Part shown: piece by piece, positions 30,384-39,685 of the stretch
How the letters are laid out: each line of letters opens with the position of its first letter
Numbering within the stretch: position 1 is the stretch's first letter
Assembly: GCA_965262915.1 (NCBI GenBank)
Contig: OZ253564.1
Span: 3,712,001 to 3,776,000, forward strand
Reading direction: 5' to 3'
Length of the DNA stretch: 64,000 nt
From: Candidatus Spongiisociaceae bacterium
GTDB lineage: Bacteria > Actinomycetota > Acidimicrobiia > Spongiisociales > Spongiisociaceae
Notes under the pieces: model-generated
Seen by the model: the letters and a program-made list of their open reading frames with translations, nothing else
The model's database searches: none
Told to the model about the DNA's origin: nothing
Made by a program: the position numbers and the translations under genes

Positions 30384-30455
30384 GAGTTGGAGGATAGTGG
30401 TCAGGGGTCAGTGGCAGTTTGTACAACGGGGGCACGGACCACGGGCCGCTGACCA

Positions 30456-31295
30456 CTACATCTCGGGAAAGTTGTACTGGAAGACCCCTCCGGTGCGGAC
30501 CATCTCGGCGGCGATTCCGTCTGCATGCTGGATAAGACGGTTCAGCATGGCGTTGATCTGATCCGGCACGTCCTGGAGAGCCTTGTGACCGGCTCCCACC
30601 GTCTTGCCTATCACGACCTGCGGACACAGCTCCCGGAGAAGATCCAGATCCACATCGGGTTGGCCGCAGTCGATATACAGATAGGGACACCTGACCCCCT
30701 GCAGGGTCGCGGTGGGGTTGTAGTCCTTCTTACCCGCCCAACTGTTGAGGATCACATGGTCAGGAACCTCGGCCAGCCGTTCCGCCATCTTCCCGAGCCG
30801 GGAGGGATGGTCGGTGGGGAGGTAGGCGGCGCTGAGAAAGGCGATGAGCGTCTCCCGGAAGGGCCCATCCTCGGTCATCAGGTGGTCATAGGGACCATGG
30901 AATCTCTGGTGCCATCCGGGGATGTTGCTGGGTGAGTCCAGGCTGGCGATGGCCCCCACCAGCTCGGGATAGTGGGCGGCAACGGCGATGATCACCTGCC
31001 CGCCCATGCTCTGGCCCACCAGCACCGGCTTCTCCAACCCCAGGTGACGGATCAGTTCGGCCACATCATGCCCGTGCTGGTCCATCGTATAGAGCGCGTC
31101 AGGTTTGTCGCTCTCACCGTGGCCACGCAGATCCACGGCTATGCACCGGTGACTAGGCGAGAAGTACTCCTCCTGAAAACCGAAGCCCAACCGGTTGCTA
31201 TAGGCGCCGTGAATGAAGACGATGGGCGGGTCGCCGGCGCCCACTTCGTGGTAGGCGATACGCACCCCGCCAGAGGTGATGATCCATTCAGTCAT
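30456..31295 (-). CDS. Alpha/beta hydrolase, tandem copy
   Basis: HGA, DLRGHGES, GQSMGG, GAGH. Confidence 0.92.
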   Translation of the reverse strand: MTEWIITSGGVRIAYHEVGAGDPPIVFIHGAYSNRLGFGFQEEYFSPSHRCIAVDLRGHGESDKPDALYTMDQHGHDVAELIRHLGLEKPVLVGQSMGGQVIIAVAAHYPELVGAIASLDSPSNIPGWHQRFHGPYDHLMTEDGPFRETLIAFLSAAYLPTDHPSRLGKMAERLAEVPDHVILNSWAGKKDYNPTATLQGVRCPYLYIDCGQPDVDLDLLRELCPQVVIGKTVGAGHKALQDVPDQINAMLNRLIQHADGIAAEMVRTGGVFQYNFPEM

Positions 31296-31374
31296 GGGCT
31301 GGAGGATAGTTCCCGTGGCCCGCTGCCCTCCTGAGCCGGTAGACGGTCGTCGTGACCACTAACCACTAACCACG

Positions 31375-32214
31375 CTAGGTCTTGGGGAAGTTGTACTGGA
31401 AGACCCCTCCGGTGCGGACCATCTCGGCGGCGATTCCGTCCGCATGCTGGATGAAACGGTTCAGCATGGCGTTGATCTGGTCCGGCACGTCCTTGGTGGC
31501 CTGGTGTCCGGCACCGACCGTCTTGCCGATCACCACTTGCGGGCAAAGCTCGCGGAGCAGATCAAGGTCGAGGTCGGGCTGGCCGCAGTCGATATACAGG
31601 TAGGGACACTCCACCTGTTGCAGGGTCTCGGTCGGGTCGTAGGCGCTCATCGCCTGCCAGGCTCTGACGATCACATGGTCGGGTATCCCGGCCAGCCGTT
31701 CTGCCAGCCCCCCAACCCGGGAAGGATCGTCAGTGGGGAGGTAGGCCGCTCTCAGAAACTTGTGTACGGCCTCCCGGTAGGGGCCGTCGAAGGTCATCAG
31801 ATGGTCGAAGGGGGCATGGAATCGTCTCTGCCATCCGGGGAGGTTGCTGGGCGAGTCCAGGCTGGCCACCGCGCCCACCAACTCGGGATGGCGGGCGGCC
31901 ACGGAGATGACCACCTGCCCGCCCATGCTGTGACCCACCAGGATGGAACGCCGCAACCCCAACTGCCGCATCACTTCGGCCATGTCGTCGGCGTACCGGA
32001 CCATCGAGTACACCTCGTCGGGCTTGTCGCTGTCGCCGTTGCCGCGCAGGTCCACAGCCACGCAATGGTGGTTGGGTGAGAAGTACTCCTCCTGGAAACC
32101 GAAGCCCAGCCGGTTGCCGTAGATGCCGTGCACGAAGACGATGGGCGGGTCGCCGGCGCCTACCTCGTGGTAGGCGATACGCACCCCGTCCGGAGTGGTG
32201 ATCGATGAAGCCAT
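31375..32214 (-). CDS. Alpha/beta hydrolase, tandem copy
   Basis: HGI, DLRGNGDS, GHSMGG, GAGH. Confidence 0.92.
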   Translation of the reverse strand: MASSITTPDGVRIAYHEVGAGDPPIVFVHGIYGNRLGFGFQEEYFSPNHHCVAVDLRGNGDSDKPDEVYSMVRYADDMAEVMRQLGLRRSILVGHSMGGQVVISVAARHPELVGAVASLDSPSNLPGWQRRFHAPFDHLMTFDGPYREAVHKFLRAAYLPTDDPSRVGGLAERLAGIPDHVIVRAWQAMSAYDPTETLQQVECPYLYIDCGQPDLDLDLLRELCPQVVIGKTVGAGHQATKDVPDQINAMLNRFIQHADGIAAEMVRTGGVFQYNFPKT

Positions 32215-32229
32215 ACCGGTCAGGCCCAG

Positions 32230-32389
32230 TGGTCTGTCTGTGAAGTGGCTGCGTGGTTTGGGCTGGCAGCGGCGTTCCTCGCAAGGCCCGCCGACGAAGG
32301 CGTACCGGCAGCGTACGTTGAGGAGGCGGAACACCGTGAGGGGCGTCGATGGCTGCCAGAGCAGGCCAAGTTGTCTTGCACACAGGCCA
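32230..32389 (+). mobile_element. MITE family A, full length (160 bp)
   Basis: TGGTCTGTCTG ... CACACAGGCCA; flanks CCAG and CTAG, the latter containing the aminotransferase stop. Confidence 0.85.
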
Positions 32390-33535
32390 CTAGCCGACGA
32401 AGTCCAGGAGCGCCGAGGCGGCTTGCTCCACCTGGGATTCCGTCATCTGGGGGAAACAGGGCAAGCCGATCATCCTAGCTGCGGTGCTCTCAGCTACTGG
32501 AAGGGATCCTTGGCCGAGACCCATCCACCGGAAGGCGGGATGCAGATGCAAGGGCGGGTTGTAGTACAGGCGGCTGGCGACTCCCCGCGAGACCAGGTAC
32601 TCCCGCGCCCTGTCTCGAACCTCTGCGGGCACCATCGCGTTGTAGGCGAAGTAGACGTGACGTGCCCAGGGCGCCTCGTATACAGGTGTCACCGGCGTAC
32701 CGGAGAAGATCTCACGGTAGAGCGCGGCGGCTCTCCGGCGTCCGGCGATCCGGTCCTCCAGGGTGGGCAGCTTGGCGTTGAGCACTGCAGCCTGGAGGGT
32801 GTCGAGCCTTTGGTTGAAACCTTCCTCCAGCACCTTCCAGCCGGTACCGCCGGTCAGGTCCTTGCCGGACAGCCTCAGTCCTGGGGCGTGGCCGTAGTTG
32901 CGGAGAACCCGGATCCTGTGCGCCTGGTCGGGGTCGTTGGTCACCACCATTCCCCCATCTCCGTATCCTCCCAGGATCTTTCCGGGGGCCACGCTAAAGC
33001 AGCCCAAGGGACCGAAGGTTCCGGTTCGTCGGCCCTTGTACTCCCCGCCCACCGCTAGGGCCGAGTCCTCCAAGACCGTGATACCGTGGCGGTCGGCGAT
33101 CTCGCAGATGGGATCCATGTCGGCGGGATGGCCGAACAGGTGCACGGGGATGATCACCCTGGTTCGGGAGGTGATCCTTTCCTCCACTTTCTCGGGATCC
33201 ATCGTGAAGGTGTCCTCGGTCGTGTCCGACAACACCACCTTCGCGCCGGTGTGGGAAACGGCCGAGGCGGTGGGGTTGTCGGTGTTGGGGACGGTTATCA
33301 CCTCGTCCCCCAGGCCTATGCCTAGAGCCGTCAAGGCCAGGTGGAGAGCGGCGGTGCCTGATCCCACGCCCACGGCGAACCTGGCGTCGACGTAGTCGGC
33401 GAACGCCTCCTCGAAAGCTTCCAACTCTTCGCCCAGAACGTAGTTGCCGCTGGCCAGCACGCGTGCCACCGCATCGTCGATTTCGGTCTTCAGCGTCCGG
33501 TATTCCATCGCCAGATCGCTCATCGGTACTACCAA
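32390..33535 (-). CDS. DegT/DnrJ/EryC1/StrS family PLP aminotransferase
   Basis: SGTAALHLAL, PVHLFG, PGKILGGYGDGG, RNYG, RLDTLQAA. Confidence 0.93.
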   Translation of the reverse strand: MVVPMSDLAMEYRTLKTEIDDAVARVLASGNYVLGEELEAFEEAFADYVDARFAVGVGSGTAALHLALTALGIGLGDEVITVPNTDNPTASAVSHTGAKVVLSDTTEDTFTMDPEKVEERITSRTRVIIPVHLFGHPADMDPICEIADRHGITVLEDSALAVGGEYKGRRTGTFGPLGCFSVAPGKILGGYGDGGMVVTNDPDQAHRIRVLRNYGHAPGLRLSGKDLTGGTGWKVLEEGFNQRLDTLQAAVLNAKLPTLEDRIAGRRRAAALYREIFSGTPVTPVYEAPWARHVYFAYNAMVPAEVRDRAREYLVSRGVASRLYYNPPLHLHPAFRWMGLGQGSLPVAESTAARMIGLPCFPQMTESQVEQAASALLDFVG

Positions 33536-33564
33536 GGCACACTCCTCCGTCAGGTTGTAACTGG

Positions 33565-33627
33565 TGGTCTGTCTGCAAGCCGGCTTGCCGTGCATTCCCA
33601 GGCAGCGACGCCCGCGGCTGCGTTCCG
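33565..33627 (-). mobile_element. MITE family A, one-ended fragment
   Basis: TGGTCTGTCTGCAAG..CTTGCCGTGC...GCTGCGTTCCG matches the reverse complement of the right end of 63231-63391. Confidence 0.65.
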
Positions 33628-33840
33628 GGGACAATAGACATTACTTGACGGCGCGGGTAGCCCGCTAGATCCGGCGCGAGGCGTGCGGGTGGCTTCGTTG
33701 CTGGCGGTGGTCGGCTGAGTCGCGCTAGGCCCTAATCAGCGGTCTTGCGAAGATCGTGACTGTGGGTCGAAGGATATGAGCCGACCAGGCTTCCCGAGTG
33801 CCGCGCCGAGCATTGCCCGCTCGGCGCTGGCAGGCGGTGA

Positions 33841-34008
33841 TCACCCGAGCACCGCGATAATGATCGATGTAGCAGCCCCGACGACGATCGTGACTATGGC
33901 GGTTACCCAACCCACGATCCAGCGAGTCTGTTCGCCCAACCGCTCTTCGACGTGGGCCCGAAGTTCTGCGATTGCAGCCACAAGGCGATCTTCGGTAACC
34001 GTAACCAT
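33841..34008 (-). CDS. 55-aa protein with coiled coil and C-terminal TM helix (not in ORF track)
   Basis: MVTVTEDRLVAAIAELRAHVEERLGEQTRWIVGWVTAIVTIVVGAATSIIIAVLG; purine-rich RBS AGAGGG. Confidence 0.7.
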   Translation of the reverse strand: MVTVTEDRLVAAIAELRAHVEERLGEQTRWIVGWVTAIVTIVVGAATSIIIAVLG

Positions 34009-34144
34009 CGCTTCCCTCTTCTGAAGTATCTAGTATTGTCAGGTTATCACACAGCTAGGGACTGTCGACAAGCGCGTAAGGGTGTTCCGCAGTCCGGTAC
34101 CGCAACTTCTCAACCCGGGGTCGCGATTCGACCCGTTATCAATG

Positions 34145-35236
34145 TCAGCCCGGAACCACCACGGTGCGCAGTGCCGACCCTGTCTCCAGGTTTTCGAAGC
34201 CCTTCTCCATCTCCGAGAGGGGAATCGTGTGGGTGACCATGGAATCGAGATCGAGGCTGCCCAGCTGGTAGAGCGAGTCCAGCACCGGGAAGTCCTGGGC
34301 CGGTATCCCTTCGCCTCCGTGGGTGGTCATCAACGTCGACGTGTTCCGGAAAAAGGCCGACGGATCGATATCGGCCGCCGACCCGGGAGGGGGCACTCCG
34401 ATCATGGTGGCCACTCCCCCGTACGACAGCATCCCCAGGGCCTGCTCCAGCGTGGCGCCCATTCCCACCGCCTCGAAGGAGAAGTCCACCCCTTCGCCGC
34501 CGGTGATGGCCCTTACCGCCTCCACCGCGTCTTCGCCCACCGAATTGACCGCATGGGTGGCGCCCATCGACATCGCCCACTCGAGCTTGAGGTCGGAGAT
34601 GTCCACCGCGATCACCTTGGAGGCGTTCGCCATGCGGGCGCCCTGCACGGTGGAGAGGCCGATTCCTCCGCAGCCGATCACCGCGGTGGTGGCGCCCGGC
34701 CACACCTTCGCGGTATGGAAGACGGCGCCGGTCCCGGTCATGACCGCGCACCCCAGCATTGAGGCGGAGGTCATCGGCATCCCGTCGCTGACCGGGAAAG
34801 CGGCCCCGGCATCCACCCCGATCCGCTCGGCGTACATCCCCAAGCCCATCGGCACCTCCACCCTGGATCCGTCGGACGCCAGGGAAACCATCGGAGCGCG
34901 TGGCGAGGACGAGTTGCACCGCCGGGGGTCGTTGCGGCGGCACATCGAGCACGAGCCGCACGGAACGCGGCACCCCACCGCCACCCGATCGCCTACTTTC
35001 AATCGGGTCACTCCCCTACCCACTTGCTCCACCACGCCGGCTCCTTCATGACCGAGGAGCATCGGGTAGCGGGGCTCCCGGCCTGACTGCAGCCCTTTCG
35101 ACACCTTGTAATCGGTCCGGCACACCCCGGCTGCTTCCACCCTGAGTATCACTTCCCCCTTCCGGGGAGGGTCGATCTCTATGTCGGCGATCTCGACTCG
35201 CCCCGGCGCTACCACCAGGGCCGCTCGGCTATGCAT
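34145..35236 (-). CDS. Zn-dependent alcohol dehydrogenase (class III/MscR-like)
   Basis: GVCRTD, GHEGAG, CGSCSMC..C, LGCAV.TG, GCGGIG. Confidence 0.92.
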   Translation of the reverse strand: MHSRAALVVAPGRVEIADIEIDPPRKGEVILRVEAAGVCRTDYKVSKGLQSGREPRYPMLLGHEGAGVVEQVGRGVTRLKVGDRVAVGCRVPCGSCSMCRRNDPRRCNSSSPRAPMVSLASDGSRVEVPMGLGMYAERIGVDAGAAFPVSDGMPMTSASMLGCAVMTGTGAVFHTAKVWPGATTAVIGCGGIGLSTVQGARMANASKVIAVDISDLKLEWAMSMGATHAVNSVGEDAVEAVRAITGGEGVDFSFEAVGMGATLEQALGMLSYGGVATMIGVPPPGSAADIDPSAFFRNTSTLMTTHGGEGIPAQDFPVLDSLYQLGSLDLDSMVTHTIPLSEMEKGFENLETGSALRTVVVPG

Positions 35237-36395
35237 CCAGATCGACCAGGATGTCGTGGTCGTAGGTGAGACGCTCGCCACCGTCGGGAGTAACCCGGAT
35301 GTTGTCCGAAACGCAGATGCCGCCCACGGCCAGGGCCTCAGCCGGATCAGCGAAGGTGATCTGGGGATGGAGGTTGATCACCATGTCGGTCTTCATGATC
35401 CGTTCCTTACCGGGAACCCAGGGGGGCTCGTGGGAGTCGAGGCCGATGCCATGGGCCGTGTATGCGACCGACTCCTCGCCGCCCTGCCCGTACTTGCGGT
35501 GGACCCGGTTGCGAGCCTCCAGCACCGCGTCGGAGGAGTCACCGGTCTTCATCACAGCTATGCACGCATCCAAGGTCTCGATCCGGGTCTCCCAGTACCG
35601 GAGGATCTGGTCTGAAGGCCGGCCGAAACAGTAGGTTCTGCGCACCTCCACCCAGTAACCGGAGGGACCACCCCATTCGAGATCGATACAGAGGACATCG
35701 TCCCGTTCGATCTCGGCGTCCATGCCGAAGGTGTAGGCCCGGTATGGCTGGCGGCTCATCTGGGCGATCCCGTCGAGACACCCGTGCTGGCGGACCAGAC
35801 GATGAGCCTCGGCCAGCACATCCCGCTCGTTGGCGCCGGGCCTGATATGGCCCTCGAGCCCGGCGAACACCCGGCGAATGATCCGGGAGGTCTCGCGCAG
35901 GTTCTCTATCTCCTCTGCGCTCTTGACGGACTTGATGTCGTCGAAGAGGTCGGTGGCATCCACCAGGGTGGCGGTGTCGCCGAAGGCGCTCTGGAAACCC
36001 ATGTAGTGAGCTGCGGAAGTGATATCGGCCAGCCCCACGATCCCGATGGTCCCATGGGAGATGCCATGGTCCGAAAGTATCCCGGCGATCTCGACCTCGG
36101 GAGTCTGGGTGGCCCGAAAGTCCTGGATCCAGTTGACCAGAGCCACCCGCGACAGGCCCCACAACGGGTCCCCGATGAAAGTGGGTTCTCCCTTCTGGGG
36201 AAGCACCACCATCCCCCACCCTGCCCACTGGAAGATGTCGCTCACGTACTGCACGCGGCCCCGTACGAACTCGTCGCCCCGGCTGCAGATGATCATCGCA
36301 TCGATACCTGCCCCGGCCATGGTCTCGCGCAGCACGCGATGACGCCGTTCCCGCTCGGCGGGCGAAGAGATGTGGGTCAGTTTGCCTTCTGCCAT
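35229..36395 (-). CDS. M24 (Xaa-Pro peptidase/creatinase fold) hydrolase with atypical metal ligands
   Basis: VKSAEEI, HGIGL, NLHP, SDN.RVT. Confidence 0.85.
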   Translation of the reverse strand: MAEGKLTHISSPAERERRHRVLRETMAGAGIDAMIICSRGDEFVRGRVQYVSDIFQWAGWGMVVLPQKGEPTFIGDPLWGLSRVALVNWIQDFRATQTPEVEIAGILSDHGISHGTIGIVGLADITSAAHYMGFQSAFGDTATLVDATDLFDDIKSVKSAEEIENLRETSRIIRRVFAGLEGHIRPGANERDVLAEAHRLVRQHGCLDGIAQMSRQPYRAYTFGMDAEIERDDVLCIDLEWGGPSGYWVEVRRTYCFGRPSDQILRYWETRIETLDACIAVMKTGDSSDAVLEARNRVHRKYGQGGEESVAYTAHGIGLDSHEPPWVPGKERIMKTDMVINLHPQITFADPAEALAVGGICVSDNIRVTPDGGERLTYDHDILVDLDA

Positions 36396-36408
36396 TTTCT
36401 TGGGCTCC

Positions 36409-37146
36409 TTAGCTGCTGGGGGTCGGGATCGACGCTGGCTGATACGGTGCGGACTCGTCTGGATTCTCGAGTTCTTTGCATATCTCGTCGGTGCTGCAGG
36501 AGGCGATGAAACCGCCGTCGGTCATCCTGTCCAGGGCGTTCTCGTGAAGTTCCCTGGTGGATGAGGTGCAGGCATCGCTCACCAGTGACACCGCGTAGCC
36601 CCGGTCGGCGGCGTCGCGGGCCGACAACTCCACGCATCCCTCGGTGACGATGCCCGTGAACACCAAGTGGGTGATGCCCATTCGCTTGAGGACATTGTCG
36701 ATGGCGCTCGAGTTGAAAACGCTGGAGGAGGTCTTGGAGAAGATCATCTCGTCGCCGTGTGCCGCAACTTCCGGCAGCAACTCGTCATCGCGTGCCTCGC
36801 GTGGCACCGGCTCCAGATCGGCGGAAGGCATGAACGCCTTCCCCGCGTCCCTGCCATCGTCCGTGCGATAGGCCACCCGGACGTGGATGACCTCCTCACC
36901 CGCGGCCCGGAAAGCGTCCTGGCATCTCCTTACGTTGGGCAGGATGCCGTTGATGTTGTCCCACCGCTCCTGCATGGTCTCGGGCCGGCCGGCGGCCTGG
37001 GCGATCCTTCCTATCCACCCTTCGCCATGCGCGTCGAGATACTGCAGATCGATGGTCAGCAGCGCTGTTCTTCCCGGCGCTATGGAAGGAAAAGATGGGC
37101 GGGGAAACAGGTCGTAGAAGGGGTCGTGCAGGTCCAAAGTCCTCAT
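36409..37146 (-). CDS. Isochorismatase-family cysteine hydrolase
   Basis: ALLTIDLQ, K..SSVF, VTEGCV, DAADRGY. Confidence 0.92.
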   Translation of the reverse strand: MRTLDLHDPFYDLFPRPSFPSIAPGRTALLTIDLQYLDAHGEGWIGRIAQAAGRPETMQERWDNINGILPNVRRCQDAFRAAGEEVIHVRVAYRTDDGRDAGKAFMPSADLEPVPREARDDELLPEVAAHGDEMIFSKTSSSVFNSSAIDNVLKRMGITHLVFTGIVTEGCVELSARDAADRGYAVSLVSDACTSSTRELHENALDRMTDGGFIASCSTDEICKELENPDESAPYQPASIPTPSS

Positions 37147-37249
37147 CCTTTTTGTCGAGAATTGCCGGTTCGCGTGGAGTTAGGTTGCCTACGCAACAGC
37201 GCCACTTCCGGCCGGCGCCAAGTATACGGCCCGCCGGGGGTGGGTCGAT

Positions 37250-38362
37250 CTACACCGTCACCCGGCGGCCCTCGCGGCTGGAGGTCATGACAGCGTCGAG
37301 CAGGCGATGAAGGTCCACGCCGTCCTGGAAGTCAGGGCGGAAGCGCCGTCCTTCCCGGATCGAGTCGGCAAAGGCGGCTAGGGCTCTGGCGACGTTGTAA
37401 GCCGAGTGTCCCTCCGTGACCGGCATCTCCGAGTAATACTCGGCGGGGATCCCCACCTCTTCCAATGCCTCCGTCTCCTTGCCGCCTACCGAGACCTGCA
37501 TGGGACCTACGGAAACCTTTACGGGACTGAACTGGTAGTACGACGGAGCAGCCAGGAGGATCTGGCCGTCCTCGCCGAGGATTCGCAACGAATACCCCTG
37601 GGGAGGGGAGGTCGTGTTGGACACATAGGCCGTCCCTACGACTCCGCCGCTCAATTCGGCCATGGCCATCACCGTGTCGGCGGTCTGCCACTCGAAGGTT
37701 CCGCCGTCGGTGTACACGCCTGCCGGCGAGAGGGTGAGTTGGCGGGCGGAGATGCTCTCCACGTCTCCCAGGATAGAACGGACCGAGTCCATCACATGGG
37801 CGAAGGCCACGAACAGCGCGCCGCTGGCCTCTTCATGGCGCACCAGCCAGGCACGGTCGGGGTCGACATCGAACTTGGAGAGCATCTGGGAGACGACGAA
37901 GGACAACGGCCTTCCAACCGCGCCATCGACCACCAGCTGCCGCGCCCAGGCGATCGCCGGGGCGAAGCGGCCCTGCATTCCCACCGCGGTGGGAATGCTC
38001 CCCTGCTCGGCCACCAAGGCCATCTCCAGGGCCTCTGCGGTGTCGAGAGCCAGGGGCCACTCGCAGTAGACCGGCTTTCCTGCCCGAACAGACGCCATGG
38101 TCAACGGATAATGTAGGCGGGGCCGGACGGCTACCGTGACCAGGTCGACTTCGGGATCGTTGCACAGGTCGTCGATGCCCGCATACCATTTTCGAGCGCC
38201 CCAACGCTCGGCTGCTGCTCTGGCCGTCTCCTCCCGGGTGGTGCATACCGCCTCCAAGATCAGTCCGGGGGCGGACTGCACCGCCGGTAGATGGGCGCGA
38301 TCGCCGAAACCGGGCGGGCTGGCACCCACCACTCCAACCCGTACCCGGCCGCCGTTGCTCAT
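37250..38362 (-). CDS. Gfo/Idh/MocA oxidoreductase (CEWP type)
   Basis: VGVVGA, AHLPA, GKPVYCEWPLA. Confidence 0.92.
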   Translation of the reverse strand: MSNGGRVRVGVVGASPPGFGDRAHLPAVQSAPGLILEAVCTTREETARAAAERWGARKWYAGIDDLCNDPEVDLVTVAVRPRLHYPLTMASVRAGKPVYCEWPLALDTAEALEMALVAEQGSIPTAVGMQGRFAPAIAWARQLVVDGAVGRPLSFVVSQMLSKFDVDPDRAWLVRHEEASGALFVAFAHVMDSVRSILGDVESISARQLTLSPAGVYTDGGTFEWQTADTVMAMAELSGGVVGTAYVSNTTSPPQGYSLRILGEDGQILLAAPSYYQFSPVKVSVGPMQVSVGGKETEALEEVGIPAEYYSEMPVTEGHSAYNVARALAAFADSIREGRRFRPDFQDGVDLHRLLDAVMTSSREGRRVTV

Positions 38363-38711
38363 CCTCGCCCCGTTTCCTGCTCGATCCCAGGTGGCAACAG
38401 GATCGACGCCAAGTTGCACCGGGGGTTTACCGGTCCGTGATTCTAGGCCGCTCGAGTGGTCGCAGGACCCGATCTTCTGTCGCACGCCCTCAACTCGGTC
38501 CGTCATGTAGCAGACCCCCACGAGGACCGGTCTACGTGACAGCACATCCCGAAATCGGCGGTCGAGGGGTCGGAAGCACCGGAGTTCGCGGCGAAGCCCT
38601 CCGGAGGCCGAGCGCCGCGTCCGCGCAGACTGTCTGGCGACCGCGACGCCAGGCTCGGTGTACCGCTGGCGCCGACAAGAAGCGATTCGGTGGACCGACA
38701 CAGGGTATATG

Positions 38712-38751
38712 GCTATCATAGCTAGAGACTTATAGGTTTGATAGCTATAAG
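38712..38751 (+). promoter_or_regulatory. Palindromic operators upstream of vapBC
   Basis: GCTATCATAGC and CTTATAG-N9-CTATAAG in an AT-rich patch. Confidence 0.55.
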
Positions 38752-38778
38752 AACTGGGGTGTTTGGCGGGAGGTGGCA

Positions 38779-39111
38779 ATGTTGACTGCGACTATCTCAC
38801 AGGTGAAGAACGGACTCAGTGCCTATCTGCGAAGGGTCAAGGCCGGCGACACGGTACTGATCGTGGACCGAAAGACGCCCGTAGCTCGTATCGTTCCGCT
38901 GACGGATCGGACAGTGTCGGCGACGACCGCGATCGGTGACGACCGTGCCCGGATCCAGCGGCTGATTGCCCAGGGCATCGCGACCCGCGAGAGTGACCGG
39001 GACGCTCTGGAACTACTGCGCGAACTCGGGGAGTCGTGGCCATCCGGTCACGGCCTGCTCGGCGCGCTGCTCGAAGAACGCGATACCGCGTATCAGGAGG
39101 GGTATCGGTGA
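38779..39111 (+). CDS. vapB: Phd/YefM-type antitoxin
   Basis: ISQVKNGLSAYLRRVKAGDTVLIVDRKTPVARIVP. Confidence 0.88.
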   Translation: MLTATISQVKNGLSAYLRRVKAGDTVLIVDRKTPVARIVPLTDRTVSATTAIGDDRARIQRLIAQGIATRESDRDALELLRELGESWPSGHGLLGALLEERDTAYQEGYR

Positions 39112-39533
39112 GGTTCTGGGACACGTCGGCGCTGGCGTCGCTGTCCTCCGACGAAGTCCGCTCCCCATTCGCCCGTGCCATCCTGCAGGACGATGACCGG
39201 ATGGTCGTATGGTGGGGCACCCCGGTCGAGTTCGTGAGTATGCTCGCACGTCACGAACGGACGGGGAACCTCACCTCCAGCGAGTTCTCCGAACACTTTC
39301 GGTATCTGAAGGCACTGTCTGCAGGGTGGGTTGAGATACAGCCGAGCCCAAGCCTGAGGAGGCTCGCGCAACGGCTGCTGAGAACCCATCCACTACGCGC
39401 AGCGGATGCGCTTCAGTTGGCTGCCGCGCTTACCGCTGCCGACGGTGACCCTACAACCCTGGGTTTCGTGTGTTTCGACAGACGCCTGAACCAGGCGGCC
39501 GAGCGCGAGGGTCTGGAAGTCCTTGGCAGATAG
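39108..39533 (+). CDS. vapC: PIN-domain toxin
   Basis: FWDTSAL, VE, LRAADALQLA, FDRRL..AA..EG; GTGA overlap with the antitoxin. Confidence 0.92.
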   Translation: MRFWDTSALASLSSDEVRSPFARAILQDDDRMVVWWGTPVEFVSMLARHERTGNLTSSEFSEHFRYLKALSAGWVEIQPSPSLRRLAQRLLRTHPLRAADALQLAAALTAADGDPTTLGFVCFDRRLNQAAEREGLEVLGR

Positions 39534-39685
39534 CCCCGAGTTCACCACGAGATCACTGAGGAATCTTGCTTCCCCGAGCGAATAGAAACCTTGCTGTACC
39601 CGCGTGAAAGGATCACCGGCGTGCCGTACGGTAGCTTCTGCCATCTCGAAATCGGAGATCGAGGCCTTTTCCACCAGCCTCCTAG

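Noticed and set aside
37250-38779. 509-aa extended Gfo/Idh/MocA ORF (likewise the 5' extensions of 31375-32334 and 32390-33634)
   Set aside because: The extensions run through promoter or MITE DNA; family similarity begins at the downstream starts.
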